Below are positions 11,052 to 23,750 of a stretch of 31,822 nt of DNA, in pieces. Positions within the stretch are counted from its first letter, which is position 1; the number at the start of each line of letters is the position of its first letter. The translations under genes and the position numbers were made by a program. The stretch is from Utricularia gibba (lineage: Eukaryota; Plantae; Magnoliophyta), in contig NEEC01000051.1 in the NCBI GenBank assembly GCA_002189035.1, positions 1 through 31,822 on the forward strand, given 5' to 3'. The notes under the pieces are model-generated. The model saw only the letters and a list, made by a program, of their open reading frames with translations, had not been told where the DNA came from and searched no databases.

Positions 11052-14000
11052 GAAAAGGGCTTCCCAACAGTGTGCTATGAAGAGCAAGGATCTGCATGTT
11101 ATGCAAGAGGTGCTTCGCGGACCAGGATGTGCGACGTAGTCATTTCATTGCGCATCATCATTCGGGGTGCATCCTAAAAATCACACGTGCACGGGATTCA
11201 TTAAAAATAAATATTTACGCATATCCAGAGTGTATAACAGTGTTGGGATAAGTGATGCCACGAAATTCATGATGTAGCATGTGACTTTTTTCCAACTTGA
11301 TCGCATAGTAGATGAATTCTGACACCATATGTTGATGCATTTAGTTGCTATGATACTTCTGATTCTTGATGCACCATTCCCGTATACCATGTCTCTAGTG
11401 GCTATTTGATTCTTTTGCCTTGTATGTTGTTCGCATCAATTTCGAGAACATGAAGCACATTATTAAATGCAGTCACCACGGAATGCCACGTGAGACACCT
11501 TTCGTTGTGGCCCTTTTTTAATATGTCCACAGTTATCGGACAAACGTAACTCCAAATTATAATACTTGGAGCTCGAAAAAGGGCTTCCCAACAGTGTGCT
11601 ATGAAGAGCAAGGATCTGCATGTTATGCAAGAGGTGTTTCGCGGACCAGGATGTGCGACGTAGTCATTTCATTGCGCATCACCATTCGGGATGCAGCCGA
11701 AAAATCACACGTGCACCGGATTTGTTAAAAATAAATATTTACGCATATCCTGAGTATACAACAGTGTTGGGATAAGTGATGCCACGAAATTCATGATGTA
11801 ACATGTGACTTTTTTCCATCTTGATCGCATATCCGATGAAGTTTGACACCATATGTTTTGGCTGTTGATTGATTCAATTAGTTGCTATGATACTTCTGAT
11901 TCTTGATGCACCATTCCCATACACCATGTCTCTAGTGGCTATTTGATTCTTTTGCCGTGTATCCCATTTGCATCAATGTCGAGAACGAGAAGCACATTCT
12001 TAGACGCAGCCACCAAGAAAGGACACCTAAGACACTTTTCGTTGTGGCTTGTTTTTAATATGTCCACAGTTATCGGACAAACGTAACTCCAAATTATAAT
12101 ACTTGGAGCTCGAAAAGGGCTTCCCAACAGTGTGCTATGAAGAGCAAGGATCTGCATGTTATGCAAGAGGTGCTTCGCGGACCAGGATGTGCGACGTAGT
12201 CATTTCATTGCGCATCATCATTCGGGGTGCATCCTAAAAATCACACGTGCACGGGATTCATTAAAAATAAATATTTACGCATATCCAGAGTGTATAACAG
12301 TGTTGGGATAAGTGATGCCACGAAATTCATGATGTAGCATGTGACTTTTTTCCAACTTGATCGCATAGTAGATGAATTCTGACACCATATGTTGATGCAT
12401 TTAGTTGCTATGATACTTCTGATTCTTGATGCACCATTCCCGTATACCATGTCTCTAGTGGCTATTTGATTCTTTTGCCTTGTATGTTGTTCGCATCAAT
12501 TTCGAGAACATGAAGCACATTATTAAATGCAGTCACCACGGAATGCCACGTGAGACACCTTTCGTTGTGGCCCTTTTTTAATATGTCCACAGTTATCGGA
12601 CAAACGTAACTCCAAATTATAATACTTGGAGCTCGAAAAGGGCTTCCCAACAGTGTGCTATGAAGAGCAAGGATCTGCATGTTATGCAAGAGGTGTTCGC
12701 GGACCAGGATGTGCGACGTAGTCATTTCATTGCGCATCACCATTCGGGATGCAGCCGAAAAATCACACGTGCACGGATTTGTTAAAAATAAATATTTACG
12801 CATATCCTGAGTATACAACAGTGTTGGGATAAGTGATGCCACGAAATTCATGATGTAACATGTGACTTTTTTCCATCTTGATCGCATATCCGATGAAGTT
12901 TGACACCATATGTTTTGGCTGTTGATTGATTCAATTAGTTGCTATGATACTTCTGATTCTTGATGCACCATTCCCATACACCATGTCTCTAGTGGCTATT
13001 TGATTCTTTTGCCGTGTATCCCATTTGCATCAATGTCGAGAACGAGAAGCACATTCTTAGACGCAGCCACCAAGAAAGGACACCTAAGACACTTTTCGTT
13101 GTGGCTTGTTTTTAATATGTCCACAGTTATCGGACAAACGTAACTCCAAATTATAATACTTGGAGCTCGAAAAGGGCTTCCCAACAGTGTGCTATGAAGA
13201 GCAAGGATCTGCATGTTATGCAAGAGGTGCTTCGCGGACCAGGATGTGCGACGTAGTCATTTCATTGCGCATCATCATTCGGGGTGCATCCTAAAAATCA
13301 CACGTGCACGGGATTCATTAAAAATAAATATTTACGCATATCCAGAGTGTATAACAGTGTTGGGATAAGTGATGCCACGAAATTCATGATGTAGCATGTG
13401 ACTTTTTTCCAACTTGATCGCATAGTAGATGAATTCTGACACCATATGTTGATGCATTTAGTTGCTATGATACTTCTGATTCTTGATGCACCATTCCCGT
13501 ATACCATGTCTCTAGTGGCTATTTGATTCTTTTGCCTTGTATGTTGTTCGCATCAATTTCGAGAACATGAAGCACATTATTAAATGCAGTCACCACGGAA
13601 TGCCACGTGAGACACCTTTCGTTGTGGCCCTTTTTTAATATGTCCACAGTTATCGGACAAACGTAACTCCAAATTATAATACTTGGAGCTCGAAAAGGGC
13701 TTCCCAACAGTGTGCTATGAAGAGCAAGGATCTGCATGTTATGCAAGAGGTGCTTCGCGGACCAGGATGTGCGACGTAGTCATTTCATTGCGCATCACCA
13801 TTCGGGATGCAGCCGAAAAATCACACGTGCACCGGATTTGTTAAAAATAAATATTTACGCATATCCTGAGTATACAACAGTGTTGGGATAAGTGATGCCA
13901 CGAAATTCATGATGTAACATGTGACTTTTTTCCATCTTGATCGCATATCCGATGAAGTTTGACACCATATGTTTTGGCTGTTGATTGATTCAATTAGTTG

Positions 14001-17000
14001 CTATGATACTTCTGATTCTTGATGCACCATTCCCATACACCATGTCTCTAGTGGCTATTTGATTCTTTTGCCGTGTATCCCATTTGCATCAATGTCGAGA
14101 ACGAGAAGCACATTCTTAGACGCAGCCACCAAGAAAGGACACCTAAGACACTTTTCGTTGTGGCTTGTTTTTAATATGTCCACAGTTATCGGACAAACGT
14201 AACTCCAAATTATAATACTTGGAGCTCGAAAAGGGCTTCCCAACAGTGTGCTATGAAGAGCAAGGATCTGCATGTTATGCAAGAGGTGCTTCGCGGACCA
14301 GGATGTGCGACGTAGTCATTTCATTGCGCATCATCATTCGGGGTGCATCCTAAAAATCACACGTGCACGGGATTCATTAAAAATAAATATTTACGCATAT
14401 CCAGAGTGTATAACAGTGTTGGGATAAGTGATGCCACGAAATTCATGATGTAGCATGTGACTTTTTTCCAACTTGATCGCATAGTAGATGAATTCTGACA
14501 CCATATGTTGATGCATTTAGTTGCTATGATACTTCTGATTCTTGATGCACCATTCCCGTATACCATGTCTCTAGTGGCTATTTGATTCTTTTGCCTTGTA
14601 TGTTGTTCGCATCAATTTCGAGAACATGAAGCACATTATTAAATGCAGTCACCACGGAATGCCACGTGAGACACCTTTCGTTGTGGCCCTTTTTTAATAT
14701 GTCCACAGTTATCGGACAAACGTAACTCCAAATTATAATACTTGGAGCTCGAAAAGGGCTTCCCAACAGTGTGCTATGAAGAGCAAGGATCTGCATGTTA
14801 TGCAAGAGGTGCTTCGCGGACCAGGATGTGCGACGTAGTCATTTCATTGCGCATCATCATTCGGGATGCATCCTAAAAAATCACACGTGCACGGGATTCA
14901 TTAAAAATAAATATTTACGCATATCCTGAGTGTATAACAGTGTTGGGATAAGTGATGCCACGAAATTCATGATGTAACATGTGACTTTTTTCCATCTTGA
15001 TCGCATATCCGATGAAGTTTGACACCATATGTTTTGGCTGTTGATTGATTCAATTAGTTGCTATGATACTTCTGATTCTTGATGCACCATTCCCATACAC
15101 CATGTCTCTAGTGGCTATTTGATTCTTTTGCCGTGTATCCCATTTGCATCAATGTCGAGAACGAGAAGCACATTCTTAGACGCAGCCACCAAGAAAGGAC
15201 ACCTAAGACACTTTTCGTTGTGGCTTGTTTTTAATATGTCCACAGTTATCGGACAAACGTAACTCCAAATTATAATACTTGGAGCTCGAAAAGGGCTTCC
15301 CAACAGTGTGCTATGAAGAGCAAGGATCTGCATGTTATGCAAGAGGTGCTTCGCGGACCAGGATGTGCGACGTAGTCATTTCATTGCGCATCATCATTCG
15401 GGGTGCATCCTAAAAATCACACGTGCACGGGATTCATTAAAAATAAATATTTACGCATATCCAGAGTGTATAACAGTGTTGGGATAAGTGATGCCACGAA
15501 ATTCATGATGTAGCATGTGACTTTTTTCCAACTTGATCGCATAGTAGATGAATTCTGACACCATATGTTGATGCATTTAGTTGCTATGATACTTCTGATT
15601 CTTGATGCACCATTCCCGTATACCATGTCTCTAGTGGCTATTTGATTCTTTTGCCTTGTATGTTGTTCGCATCAATTTCGAGAACATGAAGCACATTATT
15701 AAATGCAGTCACCACGGAATGCCACGTGAGACACCTTTCGTTGTGGCCCTTTTTTAATATGTCCACAGTTATCGGACAAACGTAACTCCAAATTATAATA
15801 CTTGGAGCTCGAAAAGGGCTTCCCAACAGTGTGCTATGAAGAGCAAGGATCTGCATGTTATGCAAGAGGTGCTTCGCGGACCAGGATGTGCGACGTAGTC
15901 ATTTCATTGCGCATCACATTCGGGGTGCAGCCTAAAAATCACACGTGCACGGGATTCATTAAAAATAAATATTTACGCATATCCAGAGTATACAACAGTG
16001 TTGGGATAAGTGATGCCACGAAATTCATGATGTAACATGTGACTTTTTTCCATCTTGATCGCATATCCGATGAAGTTTGACACCATATGTTTTGGCTGTT
16101 GATTGATTCAATTAGTTGCTATGATACTTCTGATTCTTGATGCACCATTCCCATACACCATGTCTCTAGTGGCTATTTGATTCTTTTGCCGTGTATCCCA
16201 TTTGCATCAATGTCGAGAACGAGAAGCACATTCTTAGACGCAGCCACCAAGAAAGGACACCTAAGACACTTTTCGTTGTGGCTTGTTTTTAATATGTCCA
16301 CAGTTATCGGACAAACGTAACTCCAAATTATAATACTTGGAGCTCGAAAAGGGCTTCCCAACAGTGTGCTATGAAGAGCAAGGATCTGCATGTTATGCAA
16401 GAGGTGCTTCGCGGACCAGGATGTGCGACGTAGTCATTTCATTGCGCATCATCATTCGGGGTGCATCCTAAAAATCACACGTGCACGGGATTCATTAAAA
16501 ATAAATATTTACGCATATCCAGAGTGTATAACAGTGTTGGGATAAGTGATGCCACGAAATTCATGATGTAGCATGTGACTTTTTTCCAACTTGATCGCAT
16601 AGTAGATGAATTCTGACACCATATGTTGATGCATTTAGTTGCTATGATACTTCTGATTCTTGATGCACCATTCCCGTATACCATGTCTCTAGTGGCTATT
16701 TGATTCTTTTGCCTTGTATGTTGTTCGCATCAATTTCGAGAACATGAAGCACATTATTAAATGCAGTCACCACGGAATGCCACGTGAGACACCTTTCGTT
16801 GTGGCCCTTTTTTAATATGTCCACAGTTATCGGACAAACGTAACTCCAAATTATAATACTTGGAGCTCGAAAGGGCTTCCCAACAGTGTGCTATGAAGAG
16901 CAAGGATCTGCATGTTATGCAGAGGTGCTTCGCGGACCAGGATGTGCGACGTAGTCATTTCATTGCGCATCATCATTCGGGTGCATCCTAAAAATCACAC

Positions 17001-20000
17001 GTGCACGGATTCATTAAAAATAAATATTTACGCATATCCAGAGTGTATAACAGTGTTGGGATAAGTGATGCCACGAAATTCATGATGTAACATGTGACTT
17101 TTTTCCATCTTGATCGCATATCCGATGAAGTTTGACACCATATGTTTTGGCTGTTGATTGATTCAATTAGTTGCTATGATACTTCTGATTCTTGATGCAC
17201 CATTCCCATACACCATGTCTCTAGTGGCTATTTGATTCTTTTGCCGTGTATCCCATTTGCATCAATGTCGAGAACGAGAAGCACATTCTTAGACGCAGCC
17301 ACCAAGAAAGGACACCTAAGACACTTTTCGTTGTGGCTTGTTTTTAATATGTCCACAGTTATCGGACAAACGTAACTCCAAATTATAATACTTGGAGCTC
17401 GAAAAGGGCTTCCCAACAGTGTGCTATGAAGAGCAAGGATCTGCATGTTATGCAAGAGGTGCTTCGCGGACCAGGATGTGCGACGTAGTCATTTCATTGC
17501 GCATCATCATTCGGGGTGCATCCTAAAAATCACACGTGCACGGGATTCATTAAAAATAAATATTTACGCATATCCAGAGTGTATAACAGTGTTGGGATAA
17601 GTGATGCCACGAAATTCATGATGTAGCATGTGACTTTTTTCCAACTTGATCGCATAGTAGATGAATTCTGACACCATATGTTGATGCATTTAGTTGCTAT
17701 GATACTTCTGATTCTTGATGCACCATTCCCGTATACCATGTCTCTAGTGGCTATTTGATTCTTTTGCCTTGTATGTTGTTCGCATCAATTTCGAGAACAT
17801 GAAGCACATTATTAAATGCAGTCACCACGGAATGCCACGTGAGACACCTTTCGTTGTGGCCCTTTTTTAATATGTCCACAGTTATCGGACAAACGTAACT
17901 CCAAATTATAATACTTGGAGCTCGAAAAGGGCTTCCCAACAGTGTGCTATGAAGAGCAAGGATCTGCATGTTATGCAAGAGGTGCTTCGCGGACCAGGAT
18001 GTGCGACGTAGTCATTTCATTGCGCATCATCATTCGGGTGCATCCTAAAAATCACACGTGCACGGATTCATTAAAAATAAATATTTACGCATATCCAGAG
18101 TGTATAACATTGTTGGGATAAGTGATGCCACGAAATTCATGATGTAACATGTGACTTTTTTCCATCTTGATCGCATATCCGATGAAGTTTGACACCATAT
18201 GTTTTGGCTGTTGATTGATTCAATTAGTTGCTATGATACTTCTGATTCTTGATGCACCATTCCCATACACCATGTCTCTAGTGGCTATTTGATTCTTTTG
18301 CCGTGTATCCCATTTGCATCAATGTCGAGAACGAGAAGCACATTCTTAGACGCAGCCACCAAGAAAGGACACCTAAGACACTTTTCGTTGTGGCTTGTTT
18401 TTAATATGTCCACAGTTATCGGACAAACGTAACTCCAAATTATAATACTTGGAGCTCGAAAAGGGCTTCCCAACAGTGTGCTATGAAGAGCAAGGATCTG
18501 CATGTTATGCAAGAGGTGCTTCGCGGACCAGGATGTGCGACGTAGTCATTTCATTGCGCATCATCATTCGGGGTGCATCCTAAAAATCACACGTGCACGG
18601 GATTCATTAAAAATAAATATTTACGCATATCCAGAGTGTATAACAGTGTTGGGATAAGTGATGCCACGAAATTCATGATGTAGCATGTGACTTTTTTCCA
18701 ACTTGATCGCATAGTAGATGAATTCTGACACCATATGTTGATGCATTTAGTTGCTATGATACTTCTGATTCTTGATGCACCATTCCCGTATACCATGTCT
18801 CTAGTGGCTATTTGATTCTTTTGCCTTGTATGTTGTTCGCATCAATTTCGAGAACATGAAGCACATTATTAAATGCAGTCACCACGGAATGCCACGTGAG
18901 ACACCTTTCGTTGTGGCCCTTTTTTAATATGTCCACAGTTATCGGACAAACGTAACTCCAAATTATAATACTTGGAGCTCGAAAAGGGCTTCCCAACAGT
19001 GTGCTATGAAGAGCAAGGATCTGCATGTTATGCAAGAGGTGCTTCGCGGACCAGGATGTGCGACGTAGTCATTTCATTGCGCATCATCATTCGGGGTGCA
19101 TCCTAAAAATCACACGTGCACGGGATTCATTAAAAATAAATATTTACGCATATCCTGAGTGTATAACAGTGTTGGGATAAGTGATGCCACGAAATTCATG
19201 ATGTAACATGTGACTTTTTTCCATCTTGATCGCATATCCGATGAAGTTTGACACCATATGTTTTGGCTGTTGATTGATTCAATTAGTTGCTATGATACTT
19301 CTGATTCTTGATGCACCATTCCCATACACCATGTCTCTAGTGGCTATTTGATTCTTTTGCCGTGTATCCCATTTGCATCAATGTCGAGAACGAGAAGCAC
19401 ATTCTTAGACGCAGCCACCAAGAAAGGACACCTAAGACACTTTTCGTTGTGGCTTGTTTTTAATATGTCCACAGTTATCGGACAAACGTAACTCCAAATT
19501 ATAATACTTGGAGCTCGAAAAGGGCTTCCCAACAGTGTGCTATGAAGAGCAAGGATCTGCATGTTATGCAAGAGGTGCTTCGCGGACCAGGATGTGCGAC
19601 GTAGTCATTTCATTGCGCATCATCATTCGGGGTGCATCCTAAAAATCACACGTGCACGGGATTCATTAAAAATAAATATTTACGCATATCCAGAGTGTAT
19701 AACAGTGTTGGGATAAGTGATGCCACGAAATTCATGATGTAGCATGTGACTTTTTTCCAACTTGATCGCATAGTAGATGAATTCTGACACCATATGTTGA
19801 TGCATTTAGTTGCTATGATACTTCTGATTCTTGATGCACCATTCCCGTATACCATGTCTCTAGTGGCTATTTGATTCTTTTGCCTTGTATGTTGTTCGCA
19901 TCAATTTCGAGAACATGAAGCACATTATTAAATGCAGTCACCACGGAATGCCACGTGAGACACCTTTCGTTGTGGCCCTTTTTTAATATGTCCACAGTTA

Positions 20001-22691
20001 TCGGACAAACGTAACTCCAAATTATAATACTTGGAGCTCGAAAAGGGCTTCCCAACAGTGTGCTATGAAGAGCAAGGATCTGCATGTTATGCAAGAGGTG
20101 TTTCGCGGACCAGGATGTGCGACGTAGTCATTTCATTGCGCATCACCATTCGGGATGCAGCCGAAAAATCACACGTGCACCGGATTTGTTAAAAATAAAT
20201 ATTTACGCATATCCTGAGTATACAACAGTGTTGGGATAAGTGATGCCACGAAATTCATGATGTAACATGTGACTTTTTTCCATCTTGATCGCATATCCGA
20301 TGAAGTTTGACACCATATGTTTTGGCTGTTGATTGATTCAATTAGTTGCTATGATACTTCTGATTCTTGATGCACCATTCCCATACACCATGTCTCTAGT
20401 GGCTATTTGATTCTTTTGCCGTGTATCCCATTTGCATCAATGTCGAGAACGAGAAGCACATTCTTAGACGCAGCCACCAAGAAAGGACACCTAAGACACT
20501 TTTCGTTGTGGCTTGTTTTTAATATGTCCACAGTTATCGGACAAACGTAACTCCAAATTATAATACTTGGAGCTCGAAAAGGGCTTCCCAACAGTGTGCT
20601 ATGAAGAGCAAGGATCTGCATGTTATGCAAGAGGTGCTTCGCGGACCAGGATGTGCGACGTAGTCATTTCATTGCGCATCATCATTCGGGGTGCATCCTA
20701 AAAATCACACGTGCACGGGATTCATTAAAAATAAATATTTACGCATATCCAGAGTGTATAACAGTGTTGGGATAAGTGATGCCACGAAATTCATGATGTA
20801 GCATGTGACTTTTTTCCAACTTGATCGCATAGTAGATGAATTCTGACACCATATGTTGATGCATTTAGTTGCTATGATACTTCTGATTCTTGATGCACCA
20901 TTCCCGTATACCATGTCTCTAGTGGCTATTTGATTCTTTTGCCTTGTATGTTGTTCGCATCAATTTCGAGAACATGAAGCACATTATTAAATGCAGTCAC
21001 CACGGAATGCCACGTGAGACACCTTTCGTTGTGGCCCTTTTTTAATATGTCCACAGTTATCGGACAAACGTAACTCCAAATTATAATACTTGGAGCTCGA
21101 AAAGGGCTTCCCAACAGTGTGCTATGAAGAGCAAGGATCTGCATGTTATGCAAGAGGTGTTTCGCGGACCAGGATGTGCGACGTAGTCATTTCATTGCGC
21201 ATCACATTCGGGTGCAGCCGAAAAATCACACGTGCACCGGATTTGTTAAAAATAAATATTTACGCATATCCTGAGTGTATAACAGTGTTGGGATAAGTGA
21301 TGCCACGAAATTCATGATGTAACATGTGACTTTTTTCCATCTTGATCGCATATCCGATGAAGTTTGACACCATATGTTTTGGCTGTTGATTGATTCAATT
21401 AGTTGCTATGATACTTCTGATTCTTGATGCACCATTCCCATACACCATGTCTCTAGTGGCTATTTGATTCTTTTGCCGTGTATCCCATTTGCATCAATGT
21501 CGAGAACGAGAAGCACATTCTTAGACGCAGCCACCAAGAAAGGACACCTAAGACACTTTTCGTTGTGGCTTGTTTTTAATATGTCCACAGTTATCGGACA
21601 AACGTAACTCCAAATTATAATACTTGGAGCTCGAAAAGGGCTTCCCAACAGTGTGCTATGAAGAGCAAGGATCTGCATGTTATGCAAGAGGTGCTTCGCG
21701 GACCAGGATGTGCGACGTAGTCATTTCATTGCGCATCATCATTCGGGGTGCATCCTAAAAATCACACGTGCACGGGATTCATTAAAAATAAATATTTACG
21801 CATATCCAGAGTGTATAACAGTGTTGGGATAAGTGATGCCACGAAATTCATGATGTAGCATGTGACTTTTTTCCAACTTGATCGCATAGTAGATGAATTC
21901 TGACACCATATGTTGATGCATTTAGTTGCTATGATACTTCTGATTCTTGATGCACCATTCCCGTATACCATGTCTCTAGTGGCTATTTGATTCTTTTGCC
22001 TTGTATGTTGTTCGCATCAATTTCGAGAACATGAAGCACATTATTAAATGCAGTCACCACGGAATGCCACGTGAGACACCTTTCGTTGTGGCCCTTTTTT
22101 AATATGTCCACAGTTATCGGACAAACGTAACTCCAAATTATAATACTTGGAGCTCGAAAAGGGCTTCCCAACAGTGTGCTATGAAGAGCAAGGATCTGCA
22201 TGTTATGCAAGAGGTGTTTCGCGGACCAGGATGTGCGACGTAGTCATTTCATTGCGCATCACCATTCGGGATGCAGCCGAAAAATCACACGTGCACCGGA
22301 TTTGTTAAAAATAAATATTTACGCATATCCTGAGTATACAACAGTGTTGGGATAAGTGATGCCACGAAATTCATGATGTAACATGTGACTTTTTTCCATC
22401 TTGATCGCATATCCGATGAAGTTTGACACCATATGTTTTGGCTGTTGATTGATTCAATTAGTTGCTATGATACTTCTGATTCTTGATGCACCATTCCCAT
22501 ACACCATGTCTCTAGTGGCTATTTGATTCTTTTGCCGTGTATCCCATTTGCATCAATGTCGAGAACGAGAAGCACATTCTTAGACGCAGCCACCAAGAAA
22601 GGACACCTAAGACACTTTTCGTTGTGGCTTGTTTTTAATATGTCCACAGTTATCGGACAAACGTAACTCCAAATTATAATACTTGGAGCTC

Positions 22692-23214
22692 GAAAAGGGC
22701 TTCCCAACAGTGTGCTATGAAGAGCAAGGATCTGCATGTTATGCAAGAGGTGCTTCGCGGACCAGGATGTGCGACGTAGTCATTTCATTGCGCATCATCA
22801 TTCGGGGTGCATCCTAAAAATCACACGTGCACGGGATTCATTAAAAATAAATATTTACGCATATCCAGAGTGTATAACAGTGTTGGGATAAGTGATGCCA
22901 CGAAATTCATGATGTAGCATGTGACTTTTTTCCAACTTGATCGCATAGTAGATGAATTCTGACACCATATGTTGATGCATTTAGTTGCTATGATACTTCT
23001 GATTCTTGATGCACCATTCCCGTATACCATGTCTCTAGTGGCTATTTGATTCTTTTGCCTTGTATGTTGTTCGCATCAATTTCGAGAACATGAAGCACAT
23101 TATTAAATGCAGTCACCACGGAATGCCACGTGAGACACCTTTCGTTGTGGCCCTTTTTTAATATGTCCACAGTTATCGGACAAACGTAACTCCAAATTAT
23201 AATACTTGGAGCTC
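22692..23214. repeat. Representative monomer A (523 bp)
   Basis: Runs from one GAAAAGGGCTTCCC landmark to the next. Carries CATCATCATTCGGGGTGCATCCT, TAGTAGATGAATTC, TTGATGCATTTAG and CCTTGTATGTTGTTCGC alleles. Confidence 0.97.
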
Positions 23215-23320
23215 GAAAAGGGCTTCCCAACAGTGTGCTATGAAGAGCAAGGATCTGCATGTTATGCAAGAGGTGTTTCGCGGACCAGGATGTGCGACGT
23301 AGTCATTTCATTGCGCATCA
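23155..23320. other. Near-invariant 166-nt core shared by A and B, spanning the monomer junction and containing several short hairpins
   Basis: Only one A/B difference (C/T at monomer position 62). Contains TGTCC-9nt-GGACA, CTCCAA-10nt-TTGGAG, TGCT-6nt-AGCA and TGCAT-3nt-ATGCA inverted repeats. Function is unknown. Confidence 0.8.
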
Positions 23321-23750
23321 CCATTCGGGATGCAGCCGAAAAATCACACGTGCACCGGATTTGTTAAAAATAAATATTTACGCATATCCTGAGTATACAA
23401 CAGTGTTGGGATAAGTGATGCCACGAAATTCATGATGTAACATGTGACTTTTTTCCATCTTGATCGCATATCCGATGAAGTTTGACACCATATGTTTTGG
23501 CTGTTGATTGATTCAATTAGTTGCTATGATACTTCTGATTCTTGATGCACCATTCCCATACACCATGTCTCTAGTGGCTATTTGATTCTTTTGCCGTGTA
23601 TCCCATTTGCATCAATGTCGAGAACGAGAAGCACATTCTTAGACGCAGCCACCAAGAAAGGACACCTAAGACACTTTTCGTTGTGGCTTGTTTTTAATAT
23701 GTCCACAGTTATCGGACAAACGTAACTCCAAATTATAATACTTGGAGCTC
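23215..23750. repeat. Representative monomer B (536 bp; 43 substitutions plus one block with a net 13-nt insertion relative to A)
   Basis: Hand alignment to A gives 20 substitutions in A-positions 62-334 (excluding the indel block at about 276-292) and 23 substitutions in 369-463. Confidence 0.95.

Noticed and set aside
22692-23750. Dimer length 1,059 = 353 codons, suggesting a giant repetitive protein
   Set aside because: Because monomers are 523 and 536 nt, a frame passes through different phases and meets TAA, TAG and TGA stops. No standard, code-4 or ciliate reading stays open in the frames I traced.
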